From assembly GCA_002104905.1 (NCBI GenBank), contig MCFE01000031.1:1-64000 (forward strand): a stretch of 64,000 nucleotides of DNA, in the 5' to 3' direction. This DNA is from Basidiobolus meristosporus CBS 931.73. Its lineage: Eukaryota > Fungi > Basidiobolomycota. Position 1 is the first letter of the stretch; every line of letters begins with the position of its first letter. Under the pieces are notes generated by a model, which was not told where the DNA came from, did not search any database, and saw only the letters and a list, made by a program, of their open reading frames with translations. Made by a program: the position numbers and the translations under genes. Shown one piece after another: positions 48,738 to 62,000 of the stretch.

Positions 48738-51700
48738 CTAGCGGGTCCGTCTCTTTGGTCTGGCAATTTTTCGGCCAGCAGGGACGGTTCCAGTTCCCAT
48801 ATTAAATCCACCGGGTGTGGCTGCTGGGGCTCCACCCGCGGGTGTACCGCCAAATCCAAAGTTGGCCTGGGGTGCAGCAGGCGTACTACTGCCAAATGTG
48901 AATGGTGCTGGTTGACTTGAAGGAGCGCCGAAGTTGAAATTCCCTCCAGGCGTGGATCCAGCCTGGTTATTTCCCGATCCAAAGGCAAATGAGTTGGGTT
49001 GAGCGGCTGCCGGCTGCGCAGCACCAAAGCCAGCGTTGCTATTGCCACCAAACATCGGGGTCTGCGACTGGGGCTGAGCGGTAGTTGCGCCAAAGCCAGT
49101 ATTGCCGGAGCTACCAAATGTGAATGAGCTGGTGCTGGCTGGAGGATTGCTACTACCAAAAGATACAGAAGAAGGCTGTGATGTGGTGCTAGCGCCAAAA
49201 CCAAAGCCAGGGGTTGTTTGCGCACCATTGTTTCCACCAAAGGTGAATGGAGCGGAGGAAGTTGAAGTGGTATTGGTAGTGGTACTAGCATTGGATCCAA
49301 AGCCTCCAAATGCTGTTGGCGGTGTAGAAGACATAGCATCGCTTGAATTTGACGATCCGAAAGTGAAGGGAGAAGGTGTAGCTTGCGGTTGTGTAGTAGC
49401 ACCAAATGTGGTGGTGGTTTGTGAAGTAGGTGCTCCGAAAGTAAATCCACTTGGCTGAGACTGGGAATTTGAAGAACCAAATGTGAAGGTAGAGGAGGGT
49501 TTAGCGTCCGCGGAAGTGGAAGCTGGCTGAGAAGTCCCGAAACCACCGAAGGAGGGGGTAGATGCACTAGCAGTGGATGCCCCAAATGTAAAGGAAGGCT
49601 TACTCTCTGTAGTGGCAGTAGAAGCAGTGTTGGTAGAAGCACCAAATCCGCCAAAAGAAGGCTTACTTTCTTCGGTGGTTTTAGGGGTTTCTGATGAAGT
49701 TGTGTTGGAGGCTCCAAAACTGAATGGCGATGGCTTAGTAGGTTCGGTAGTGGAGGCACCAAAAGTAAAGCCAGTACCAGTGGATGTACTGGCTGCAGGA
49801 GCACCAAATGTGAATGAGGTACTAGCGCTGACGGGGGTACTAGTATCTGCAACTACAGCTGATCCTTGGGCGGTACTGGTAGCCGCACCAAAAGAAAAGC
49901 CTGTCGCCTTTGAATCGGATGTTTTACCGGAGTCAAATGTAAATCCGCTGGACTTGGACTCGGTCTGACCTGCACTGGTGGTTGCTCCACCAAAAGTAAA
50001 GCCACCAGCTTTAGGTGCCTCTTGACCAGCTGGTGCAGCTACACTACCAAAACTAAAACTAGGCTTGGATTCATCCTTACTTGCGGGAGTGCTCTCACTG
50101 GCACCAAAACTAAACCCGGGCTTGGATTCAGCCTTGCTTGCGGCCGCACTGTCGTTGGCACCAAAATTGAAGGCAGGTTTTACATCGCTAGTGGATGTAG
50201 TAGAGCTTTCCTTTGTGCCAAAGCTGAACGAAGTGGTAGCAGAATCAGGTTTGGTTGCAAGTGGAGTACTAGCACCGCCGAAAGTAAATCCGTCTACTTT
50301 AGGTTCAGCTTGACTGGTACTTGGTAAGCCAAAACTAAAACCAGTAGACTTTGATTCCGATTTTTCTGGGATTGCTGCATTATTGATGGCGCTGGCGTCT
50401 TTTTTGACTTCGGATTTGTCACCGAAAGCAAAGCTGCTAGCGGTATTGGGGCTTGTCTCAGCAGTAGCGGTTGAACTAGCAGAAAGCTGAGAACCAAATC
50501 CTAGAGGCTTTTCACTAGTGCTTGGAGTACCAAAGGTAAATGCAGGCGTGGATTTTGGCTCTTCAGATGAGGTAGCAGGTTTGCTAGTTTCCAAATTGGT
50601 TGAAGCGCCAAATGAAAATGCAGGCATTGGTTTCTCCTTGTTGCCATCTGACTTTTCACCATCTTCTTGGGAGGAAAGATCAGACTTGGCTGCAGTCCCT
50701 GCAAACAACGAGGGTGTTTTGGGCTCATCAGCGGCAAGAGAACCAAACGAAAACCCAGATTTACTGGCAGGAGTGGTCTCCAACGACTTGGACTCAAGAG
50801 TACCGAATGAAAACTTGCTAGTACTTGGTGCCTCTTTATCTTTCGCAGCAGGGGTTTGCGACTCGGCCGCCGTACTAGCAGCGAGTGATGATCCAAACGA
50901 AAATCCAGAGGGCTTCTCCGATTTTTCAACGTTACCAAAACTAAACCCGGACTTGACCTCAGGCTTTTCCTCTGCAGTTTTGTCAACAGCAGCAATTCCG
51001 AATGAAAACCCGGATGGCTTTGTCAGTGAAGGAATTGCTTTGGGTGTTTCGGCCGAAGACAGAGCTTTGGGTTGATCAGCACTAACGTCCTCATTTGGCT
51101 TACTTGGTCCGGGCGATCCAAAAGAGAAGCCAGAGAGCTTACTCTTTACTTCGGCATTCTGTGGAGACTGTAAAGAAGTGGCAACCGTTTCAGTTGCTTT
51201 CCTGTCACTATCTTTAGCAATATCGCCAAGAGAAAATTTGCTGGCTGCCACAGGAGGATTAGTAATTACCGTGCTAGCAGCAACGCTAGGCTTCGGGGTG
51301 CCAAAGCTGAACCCATCAGATGCACCCAGCAATGGCGCAGGTGCCACAGTTTTTAAGGCCTCATTCTCCTCACCCTCACTATCTAAATCCTCGTCACGAG
51401 CAGAGAAACGATTGCTTGTCCCATGCTGCCTAGTAGTAAATCCTTTCATTTTGAGCGAATATTTCTTAAGCGTGTGAGCGGAATCAGCTGGCTTCTCGAC
51501 CTCTGTACGCTTAAACTCAATAGGTAGTGGTGGAGCTTGGATGTCACTCAGGGCAACTGGTGCACCGAAGCTGAAGTCACTTTTCATGGAAGTGTTTTCT
51601 TTATCGTTGGGAGTGGCTTCTTTGGTGGAAGCCTCATCAGCAGAGAGGACTGTGGAACTACCTGCGGTATCTGGCTCAACACTCTTTTGCGCCTCTAATT

Positions 51701-52952
51701 TTTCGGCAATTTGTTTCTTCTTCTCATTTACGGAAGAAAGGAATTCGGAAACCTCGGAGAGACGGGATGGGGCTTTGCTGGTGGCTCGTCGACCTTTAGA
51801 ATAAGGAAGACCCGGAAGACTGAGAGGGACAGAGAGAGCTTTAGTTGGAGGAGCAATATCATCATCTAGCAAAATACTCTTCTTGTTCACGCTCTTACGA
51901 AGTGAAGATGAAGTAGTACTTGTTCTTTTGGCTTCAGAAAATGGAGAAGACATAGATTCGATATTCTCCATAATTCTCCTTGCCTCTGATGGAGTGAACG
52001 GAAATTGAGGAGTTCCCAATCGCTCAACCGACTCACCGGTGCGTTGCTCAACTGTCTTTCTTCTTTTGGTCTGCTGCTCAGATCCTGGGGACCCTGGGGA
52101 AAGGTTCTGCGAGAATGGGCGTCTACCAACGCTGTTGAGACCCGCACCAAATGCTTTATTTGGCGTACGGGTAGAAGCTTGCGACCTTTGCTTTGCAAAC
52201 CGAAATGGACTCTTGCTAGCGTAAAGGTCATCTGATAACACTACTTTCTTCTTGGCCAATGACTCTCGCCCAATACGTCTAACATATTCAATAATATCTG
52301 CATCATTCTCGGTCTTGGATGAAGCAGCCTCGGTAGCTTCAGCCACAGGCAAAGTAGCGGCACGAAGGGGAGTAACAATAGAAGAGTCAAACGAAGGGAC
52401 TCTTGGATATAGAGACTCGGTGGAACCATTTGAGGTTGATTTCTTTCCTTTGCCAGAATCAATTACTAGATCTTTTCTACTACGGGTAGATTCACGAGGG
52501 ATTTCCATAGATTCATCCGGTTTCTCGTGAACACGATCACATCAGCGGAATCCATATTATCAGATTGCTCCGAGTCTGAATCAGATTTGTCCTGGCTATT
52601 CACAGCTGGAGTGGTGGTAAGCTTGGCTGGAGAGTTCCGCAACCATTTCAAGCTAAGTATGCTCTTGACGGAACTAAAGAAGCCACTTTGTTCTTCCTCG
52701 GAGGGCTTACGAGTATTTTTCTTCTGGTTACGAGCATATGGTAGGTTTTGGCGGGGTTTTTTCGAGCGAAGAGGATGACGACTAGGTCCTGCTTCAGATT
52801 CCACGATTACTTGAGATGAAATCTCTGTCGGAGAGAAGTAATCGGGGAAATTAGTACATCCACGTTAGAAATAATAAATCTGAACGAAAAATATCCCAAC
52901 CTCCAATGTCATCATCAGGACTCTCGACTGCGCTTTGGCGTGTTGCGGGCAT
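48738..52952 (-). CDS. Nuclear-basket FG nucleoporin, Nup1/Nup124/Nup153-like, with an apparent 1-nt frameshift at about 52540
   Basis: Dozens of FSFG/FTFG/FxFG repeats and the C-terminal importin-binding tail GRKIARPKRRTR. The N-terminal exons (52952 start; SEAGPSRHPL..LPYAR) are out of frame with the 1256-aa ORF and no intron explains this. Confidence 0.9.
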
Positions 52953-53661
52953 AAAAAGGAAATTATTATAAGCCGGAATAAACACACGTTAAATATAACA
53001 AAATGTGGGACTCTATAATATTGAAAGCGATTCAAGTATGTAAAAAGAAAGATTAACGGCGGAGCAAGACAATGAAGCTTGTAAACGTAGCCAGAACAAG
53101 GCTATCAAAAAGAGATTTGTTGCTTCAGCTAGCCTTATCTATAACGGCCTCTAAATTCGGAAGTCTATGTAAAGCATATATATAATCTATAATTTACCAA
53201 AGTTTTTTTTTCATTAGATCTTCAAAATTTTTGGTTACAACACAAAAAGGCTACCATTTTTAATCAACAATTAAGTGATATCTGCATCAACGCGTTATCG
53301 CTACGTGATGATGACTACCACCAGATCCGATTTCAGAAATTAATTGCCGATATTGAGTGGCCATCATACTCACCAGATTCCGATGAATGTCGCTGGTTCT
53401 TTTATTACTTCAAAGTGAATGGTATATGCTATATATAGGATAGGGGTGTGATAAAACGAGGGCGTGCTATTGTTTTGCTATTGTTTTACAAGAGCACATC
53501 ACTTGAGGTTTTCAACAAAATCTTTGGCGGAGTTTCAAAAAATGTCGATAGACTGGGAATGAGGTTATTGAGAAGTGGAATGGATGGCCTGCCAATGAGT
53601 AAAGAGCAAAATTACACGGAAAAGGGTAAAGACGAGGTTCCGACATTTGACTGAGCATACA

Positions 53662-55868
53662 CTACTTTCCCAACTTTAATCTTGCCGCAAAATCGGAGGT
53701 AGTATCTTCATTGCTCTTCTTGTCTTTTTTGCCTAACCTCCTTCCGGAAAACCAGCTAGGCTTTCGTTCATTTCTTTCGCGCTCCCTCTTCTCTTCCTTT
53801 GGCTCTTCCACCTTGTCTTCAGGCGATTCGTGGTGTCTCCTGGGTGGGGGGCTTTGCAGGGTGAAGTTCTCCATCCCATTCACCAACTCTTGAGACCACG
53901 AGTTCTGGGATACGGTCGGGCTATTAGACAGGCAGGGGATTCCAAGTGTAGTAGTGTCAAGGTTTTGGGTTTCGTAGAATAGCACATATCCGGATCCTGA
54001 ACCTGGTAGATTGCCAAAGTATTTGTACAAATCCGCTTCATCGATTGCCTAGCAACATCACTATTAGTACACGGGGCTACCATAGCAGAGATCCGCATAA
54101 CTACCTCAACACTATCGTCATCGAAGATGAGCCAATTTCCCATGCTCTTGATGAGGGAAATATAATGGCCATGGTGAGGTCCACTTCCAAGATGGACTAC
54201 AACTGCAAAGAGGGAATACAGTCGATCGGGGTCTTGGGCTTTGTCGCTCTAAAACCATGGTCAGCCTTGCCTCGACTGATGCTACATGTGCTGCAATCTT
54301 ACCGTGTTGAATAGTCTCAATTCTAATGGAAAGGCCACTCGATAGGATAGTTTCACGAATTTTCCAACATTTTCCTGATATTTGAATCGCTTTAGGTGTA
54401 GAGCGAGGATGTTGGGGAGCTTCTTGATTTTCATCCTAATAATATTTATGCTCTGTTAGTGGGCGAGAGATAGACACAAATCTCATGCTCTAAAAAAATA
54501 TAGCCCACCTTTTCTCAGCCTCCTGCAGACTACAGCAAACATCACAGAAAAACTTGTTCTTATGGCATAGCATCTCACTTGCCGAGAATTGACGCAAGCA
54601 GCTTGTGACTGAAGAGTTTTCCTCAATATCAATGGAAAGATCCAAGAAAGACTCCTCACGATTGGTGACCTACAACCAATTAGCCACCGATGACACTTAA
54701 CAAAGCACGCCACAAGAGGCTGAACAATACCGTTTCACATGTTAGACACTTCGTCTCGTTTGTTAATTCCCCTTCGAATAATTGATGGACCCATGTTTTT
54801 TCCCCTGCCCCGCTGCTGTTTGAGGATGAGAGTGAAGGTGTCTTGACTAAAACAAAAGAACAGCACAAAGAATGTGAGCTCACAAATCATGCTTATAGCG
54901 ATCTACTACCGTGTAAACTAACCTGAATTTTGAGATCCGTGTGCCTCATGAAGGCTGGCTTCACTAGCACAATGCTTTTCGTAGAGCTGGACATTTTCGG
55001 CAACTGTGTTGAGGATATAGTTCAAAAACTCGTGTGCATCTTGGTGCATGGTACTTCTATAAATCTCTGAAGGAAAGGATGAGTGCCAGAACGCTGGAAA
55101 CATTGGTTTGGCGAAAAATACCATTTTCTTTTCTAAGTTTCGTGATAAACTGGCTTGGAGCGAGAACCCCGTTTCTTTTTCTTTGACTTTGGATTTTCCA
55201 GAATAAATCCTTCATGGCAGTGAAAATGCACTCCTCCATACCTGGAACACAGCTCCCACCATCCTCAGCACCGGGAGTTGGTGGTATGGGCACTGCACTG
55301 GCAGTGGTGCTTACCCCTGGTGTTTGCGCCAGATCGGATTTCCCTTTCTCCTTGTTGCCGGAATGAGCTGTTCAGGGTATGTGCTAAATCCTTGAAACTA
55401 TGCCTTTTTGCGCCTCCGGAAGGTGGCAAAACTAAATTGGGTGGAGTAGATTCGTGCGGTGTTGGGGGCATTGGCGTTGGAGGGATTCCCATCGGCCCAT
55501 TAGGGTAATTCAGTACACAATCCCTAAATGGCCGACAAAAATAGAGCGCTTGAAGAACCGCGTTTAAATAGCTACCAAAGCAGCGTTGGGTAAGTTCGGG
55601 TCAACTAAAAAACAACAAGTGGGCATACCATGTGTTGCCAAACTAACAGATAGAGTTGAAAGGTTAGGAAGTGTACAGATCTGGGCCATTGTACTCAGTT
55701 GCACTTACATTCTCAAAGCCAAAATAGCGCTCAGAACAGGAGGGACCAAACTCGGAAGAGGGATTTTTAGCTTGACCCTATAGTTCAAATGACACATTAG
55801 CAAGAGGTCCACGTGGTCATATTCGAAAGTCGGCTTGTTACCATTCCCATCCATTTTAGAAGAGACAT
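53662..55868 (-). CDS. creB: Ubiquitin-specific protease, USP12/46 (CreB/Ubp9/Ubp13) family
   Basis: Spliced [64 protein letters not shown] and GYVLFY. Confidence 0.9.
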
Positions 55869-56831
55869 ATTAAAGGAATCGAATGCGTAGAAAGTGAAGT
55901 CAACGAAGTAAAGATAAGTTGTTATTTAATTGGAAAATCATATATCGTAGGGTCAGGGGATAAATACGTAAATGACTGCTTAAGCTACTAAATAATTTAT
56001 TAGGGATAAAGGACTTCCGAGAGATGGGTTGGTTGAGATTAGAAATCAAAAGAAAGAGCACAATTTCGAGAAAATCCCACACACGTAGTAAGCCAATCCC
56101 TGGGTTAATCAAATCCCTTCAAGAAAAGACTCGGTTCGAATGATGCAAAACTCAAGCGAACTACCAATCACGCGCAGCCAGGGGACCCACAATAGCCCAC
56201 AGGGCACAAAGCCTTCCCACTCACCTAAATCAGAACAAGATGGATAATACTCCAGCAGATTATCCTGGAATATCTCAGCCACAGTTGGAGATAGAATTTT
56301 TGTGAAAATGAATATCCGAGGCAGGCCACTCTAGAATGAGCCTCCTATAATGGTATTACTCACAGACAGTTCGTGTCTTAGGTTCGGTTGCGTGGTTTGT
56401 AACCATGTATATAAATATATCCCTTCAGCTTCTTTGCAGGGTGTACGTGAGTCGATTGAATCAGTCTATATTAATCCGAGACTCCACAACCCATTGTTCA
56501 AAATTTTCTGATTAATTTCTGTCGTCATTATCTTCGTCGCTGTAGAGATCATGAATTTAATGGTGCACATGTTAAATCAAATAGTCAGGAAAAAAAATTG
56601 GTTCAATTTCACTACCCTATTCCTTCTCTCCTCCCTGCCACAAAGTAACCATAGCTCAGGCTCAGTTAGGGGCACATACATACTCAACACTTAGGTCCAG
56701 CCTGTAAATTTCTCATCTTTACCCTAGTTGGTGAATTCTTTCTATACACTTAGTCGCCAGCTTCACTGCTTACACAAAGCGATCGTCTATTCTTTCAAAT
56801 CAGAACAAAAGCGTAAACATCTGTTTTATAC

Positions 56832-58311
56832 ATGGCCACGGCAATGACTGCCCCCGTAACCTCAATAGACCACAATGATAAACCGCCATGTAATACAAAA
56901 GTAGACCTAGAAGCACTCCCGGAAGAAGAAGAAAAGAGCACATACGACCAACACGGCTCTGATACCAACAACGGTACTCCTGAGCTTAAGACCAAAAGCA
57001 CCGTCGCGGAGTCAGAAGAAAACGAAAAGAAAAAGTTCTCGCTTAAGGACTTCAAGCTACTCCAAACTTTAGGTAAACATTGCAGATGTTTTTGATTTTT
57101 ACTTTTAAATTCTTGAAGATTTATTGAGCTCGGTTTCTCGTTTCTTGCAGGAACTGGGACTTTTGGTAGAGTTTATTTGGCACAGCACATCGGAACTGAG
57201 AATTATTACGCAATGAAAGTATTGAAAAAGGAGGTTGTCGTTCGTCTCAAACAGATTGAACATATCAACTCGGAAAAGCAGATTTTATCGCAAATACACT
57301 TCCCATTTATAGTTAATTTGTAAGTGGCATTTGCAGCACCTTTCCTTTTTCATTTACTTATGGTTTATTCGTTTCGTATACATAGATTTTGCTCCTTCCA
57401 AGACGACAACAATCTTTACATGCTATTAGAATATGTCATTGGTGGAGAGCTGTTTTCGCACCTCCGTAGAGCCGGTCGCTTCACTAATGACATGACTAGA
57501 TTTTATGCCGCTGAAATAGTGCTTGCAATCGAGTATCTACACTCGAAAGACATAATTTATCGAGACCTCAAGCCGGAGAATCTGCTGCTTGACGACCGTG
57601 GCCACATAAAAATCACTGATTTTGGGTTTGCCAAGGTGGTGGAAGATAGAACCTGGACGTTATGCGGAACGCCGGAATATCTTGCTCCCGAGATTATCCA
57701 AAGTAAAGGTCATGGAAAAGCCGTCGACTGGTGGGCGCTTGGCATCCTCATTTTTGAGATGCTTGCTGGGTAGGCTACACGTTTAATGGTGATGCTGAAT
57801 TGTGCTTGGGCCCTAAAAATACGTACTTGACGTAGATATCCGCCATTCTTTGACGACAGCCCATTTGGTATATACGAAAAGATCCTGGAGGGCAGACTCA
57901 TGTTTCCCTCCCACTTTGATCCAGCGGCTAGGGATTTGATTAAGAAGCTGCTTACCAATGACCGAACCAAACGACTCGGTAACCTCAAGGTGTGTTTTCA
58001 TATACCGTGCGCATTTCGGCGAATGTTCTTAACGTATCTTCTGGATGCAGGATGGGCCAGAGGATGTCAAGAAACACAAATGGTTCCGTGGAATCGACTG
58101 GCAGATTGTTTTGGAGCGGAAGGTGCCGGTAAGAGGTCGTCATTTTGCATTCTTATAGAGCCAGCGTAACAAAGATTCGTCTCCAAAGGCACCCATCGTT
58201 CCCTTGTTTCGCTACCCTGGAGACACTGCCAACTTTGACCGATATCCTGAAGAGGTTCCCGATCAGACGAAATCGGACGACCCGTACAAGCACTTCTTCG
58301 AACATTTTTAA
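56832..58311 (+). CDS. PKA1: cAMP-dependent protein kinase catalytic subunit
   Basis: [48 protein letters not shown] and [12 protein letters not shown]. Confidence 0.93.
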
Positions 58312-59076
58312 TGGAATCCGCTCATTAATGTTTATCCTAGTCATATTTATTGATTCTAATTACATATCAGCTTCTGCACTCATTTCGTCCCGAGCAGCCA
58401 CCACTGCCAACCTCCATTTTAAGCAGTCAAAATTTCCCTTTCTTTCCTGGTATTCACTAAGTTCCGTTGAGCTTCATTCATACAGGTGTTTTCCATATTA
58501 ATGACATGAATCCTTCGATAGCTGCTTAAAACACAATATGCACATTAGTTCTCTACCTCATAAACATAGTATCATTGAATCTTTAATGCGTTGGTAATAA
58601 ACACCAGAAGATATGTGTACTTGGGGAACTATGGAGAGATACGTACGTCATGAGCCGAGATCAAATCGATCCAACGTGACTGCTTTCCGGAAGAGATTAA
58701 TCACAAAGTTCTACATGTTGGTTATTTTTGCAAGGTTGACTGATTGATTATAAATGGTTATTGGGGTCTCCACATCACATACATATCACATACGCAACCT
58801 CCGTCTCCTTCCAAGAAGGCTGCTCTCCAATATAATCAGCTCAAATTGTGACTAGTCTTAGCTTAGTTAACAAAATTCTAATCGGAGTATTGACCTCATG
58901 TATTGACCAACCAAACTCCTTGAAATTAATCGAGTTGAAGTCAATATCCAGACTGCCTAAAAATTCCCTTCTAGTATTTTTTTTCTCTCTTTAACACGTT
59001 GTCACTTGGTCTTTACTTGTCCCCACTATCTAGACATTTATCATTCAGAGTACAGCGAGGATACAATTTTACAGTT

Positions 59077-62000
59077 ATGTCGGGCTCTTCTAAAGACGAG
59101 AAGCCTCAGTGGAATTCTCCTGGGAATAGCCAGTTACCGCCCTTTTCGTAAGTACAGTCTTTTGTTTCATACTTCGCAGAGTCCACGTCTTTGCCACTGT
59201 TTGTGAGCACCAGGGTTGAGTAAGCTCTTAATATCCATTCGGAACATCTTTTAAAGTGCTTTGCAAACGCGTACTACTCGCGGTTATATTCGTGGTTTAA
59301 CGCGCAAGCCTCACATATGCTTATGCGGTTGATGGTGCAAAGCCTGATTTCGGTCGCTTAACTGTTCTCTAATCTTCTGCCTATGAATTACAGTTCAGCC
59401 TCACTTTCTGGGCAGCAGCAATCGCAGCCGGGTCATCAGCCAGCGGGACTTCCCCATTATTTACCACCCCCTAATCCTCCACACTCTCAGCAAAATTCCC
59501 CCATGTCTGTCTCCATGATGGCCCCACCTCAGCCAATAGCTCCATCACCCGCCTCAATACCGCACACAGGCCTTAGTGGCCCCATGAGCAACAGCATGAG
59601 TCCTAACCATTTGGAACATCAACGGCCCCCACCTCCCGCCCAGAGCCCTCCACAAACCGCAAATAGATCAAGGGCCCCCTCCGCTCAACCTCCAAGCCAA
59701 CCTGGCTCTGCCGAGTATAGGCCCTTAAATGTCAGAGATGCCTTGTCATATTTAGATCAGGTTAAAATTCAGTTTCACGATCAGCCAGATGTGTATAACC
59801 GTTTTTTGGATATCATGAAGGATTTCAAGAGTCAAGCGTAAGTCACTATTAGGCAGTTATCCTCTCGTTGTCTGATTGTATCTAACGATGGGCACCCAAA
59901 GTATTGACACTCCAGGTGTTATCGATCGCGTTTCAAACCTTTTCCGAGGCCATCCCACTTTGATTTCGGGGTTCAACACTTTTTTGCCTCCTGGATATAG
60001 AATCGAAATTTCTCCCAATGCGCACGATCCCCATAATGTCCGTGTTACGACGCCAAATGGGACCATCAACTCATCAGGTATGCCTGAGCCTAACCAAGCC
60101 CCTCATCCTCCGCCTGCCGCTTCCAACACCAACCCTAGTATGCCACCTGTGGCTGGCCCCCACTACTACCCCCCTCCGGCGGTTGGTACCTTTACTCATG
60201 GAGGCCCTCCTCCGCAGTCGATAGCATCAGGCCCTCATCCTTCCGCTGGAGGGCAGCTCCCTCCGCAACCGCCCGTGGGTGGGTATCATGTTCCACCAAT
60301 GGCTCAGCACATGTCACATGGCGCCAATGGGCCCCAAGGCCCGGCTACTGGACCCCCTTTATCCAACGGCCCGGGCTCCAATATTGGCTTACAGGGACAG
60401 GGCGCAGTAGGATCGCGTAGACCTCCAGTTGAGTTTAATCATGCCATCAACTATGTTAACAAGATCAAAGTAAGTGGCGCAAGTGTATGTGCTTAAAGCA
60501 GGTTATTAACCATGTTTATGCAGAATCGATTCTCTTCCGAGCCCGAGACATACAAGCAATTCTTAGAGATCCTACAAACCTATCAGAAAGAGCAAAAGCC
60601 TATACAGGAGGTAGGTTGAGACTGAATATCCGGCGGAGTGACGAGTCTTATGGTTTGCTTCTTTCATTACCAGGTGTATGCGCAGGTTCAAGTTCTTTTC
60701 CGCAATGCTACAGATTTGCTAGGAGAATTCAAGCAATTTCTCCCTGACAACAGCGCAAATGCTCAAGGGGGCCCCTCGTCGATTCTCCCTATGCCAGGAA
60801 ACCCTTCGGTGTTGTCGGTTCAAAATAACTCGTCCATCCCTCTCTCACAACAGCCAGGAGTTACTCAACAGCCTCAGCGAATGATGCCTATCATGCCACC
60901 CTCTATCCAAGGTACTCGGATTTGCGTGTCATAATCGCAGAGCCTTATAATAACACGCTCCGAATCATCTAGGAATGGGGCCTGGGCCTCGTTTACCTCC
61001 TGTTGGTAATTTTGGACCAACGAATCCAGTTCCTGCCGCCTCGGAGCCTTTTCCGCAGCAGCCAGTATCCACCATGTCCCCGCCACCTTCAGCTAACCCC
61101 GGTGTACCAGGTGGGGGGCACGCGGTCCCCGTGACGGCCAGTCCAACTCACGCAACAGTTCCCATACCAAACAAGAAGCGAAAGGGCGCCAACGTTGCAA
61201 GCGAGAAAGTCACAGGCGCAACTGGTAGCGCTAAGGCTAAGCGCGCCAAACACGCAGCCCAGAAAATGAATTTAGAGTCATCACCAGGGCCAGCAGGCAT
61301 TGCGTCGCCATCAGCCACCATGCCAACCCAGTTGCCCACCAAACCACCAGCATCCTCGGAGGAGTTGAGTTTCTTCGATCGGGTCAAGAAATATCTATCC
61401 AACAAGCAAACATACAACGAGTTTCTTAAGGTGCTGAATCTCTTCAGTCAAGAGATATTGGATCAAGCGATGCTAGTGCAAAGGGTGGAGTCCTACATCG
61501 GAGGAAATAAGGAGCTCTTTGAGTGGTTTAAGTCTTTCGTTGGTTATGAGCCCAAGAATGAGCATATTGTGGAGAACTTGCCCGCACCAAGACCCAGGGT
61601 GGACTTGTTACGATGCAAAGGCCACGGTCCTAGCTATCGCTTGCTTCCGAAGGCGGTAAGTGTTCCGGACGGGGATGGTGTTTGGTTGGAAAAGTTTATT
61701 GATCGGGGTTTTTCTATGTGCAGGATACCAAGGTGAAATGTTCGGGCCGTGATCTTCACTGCGAGGAAGTACTGAACAACGAATGGGTATCACATCCCAC
61801 CTGGGCAAGTGAGGAGTCCGGATTTGTCGCGCACAAAAAGAATCAGTATGAAGAACAGCTGCACAAGTGCGAGGAGGAGAGATACGAGTATGATCTTAAT
61901 ATAGAAGCCAATCTTAGCACCATTGGGCTGCTAGAACCAATTGCCAGAAAGATTCAAAATATGACCCCGGATGAGAAGTCCAAATACAAACTGCCACCTG

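Noticed and set aside
48734-51804. Multiple overlapping ORFs on both strands of the nucleoporin
   Set aside because: They arise from low-complexity S/T/A/G/P-rich FG-repeat coding.
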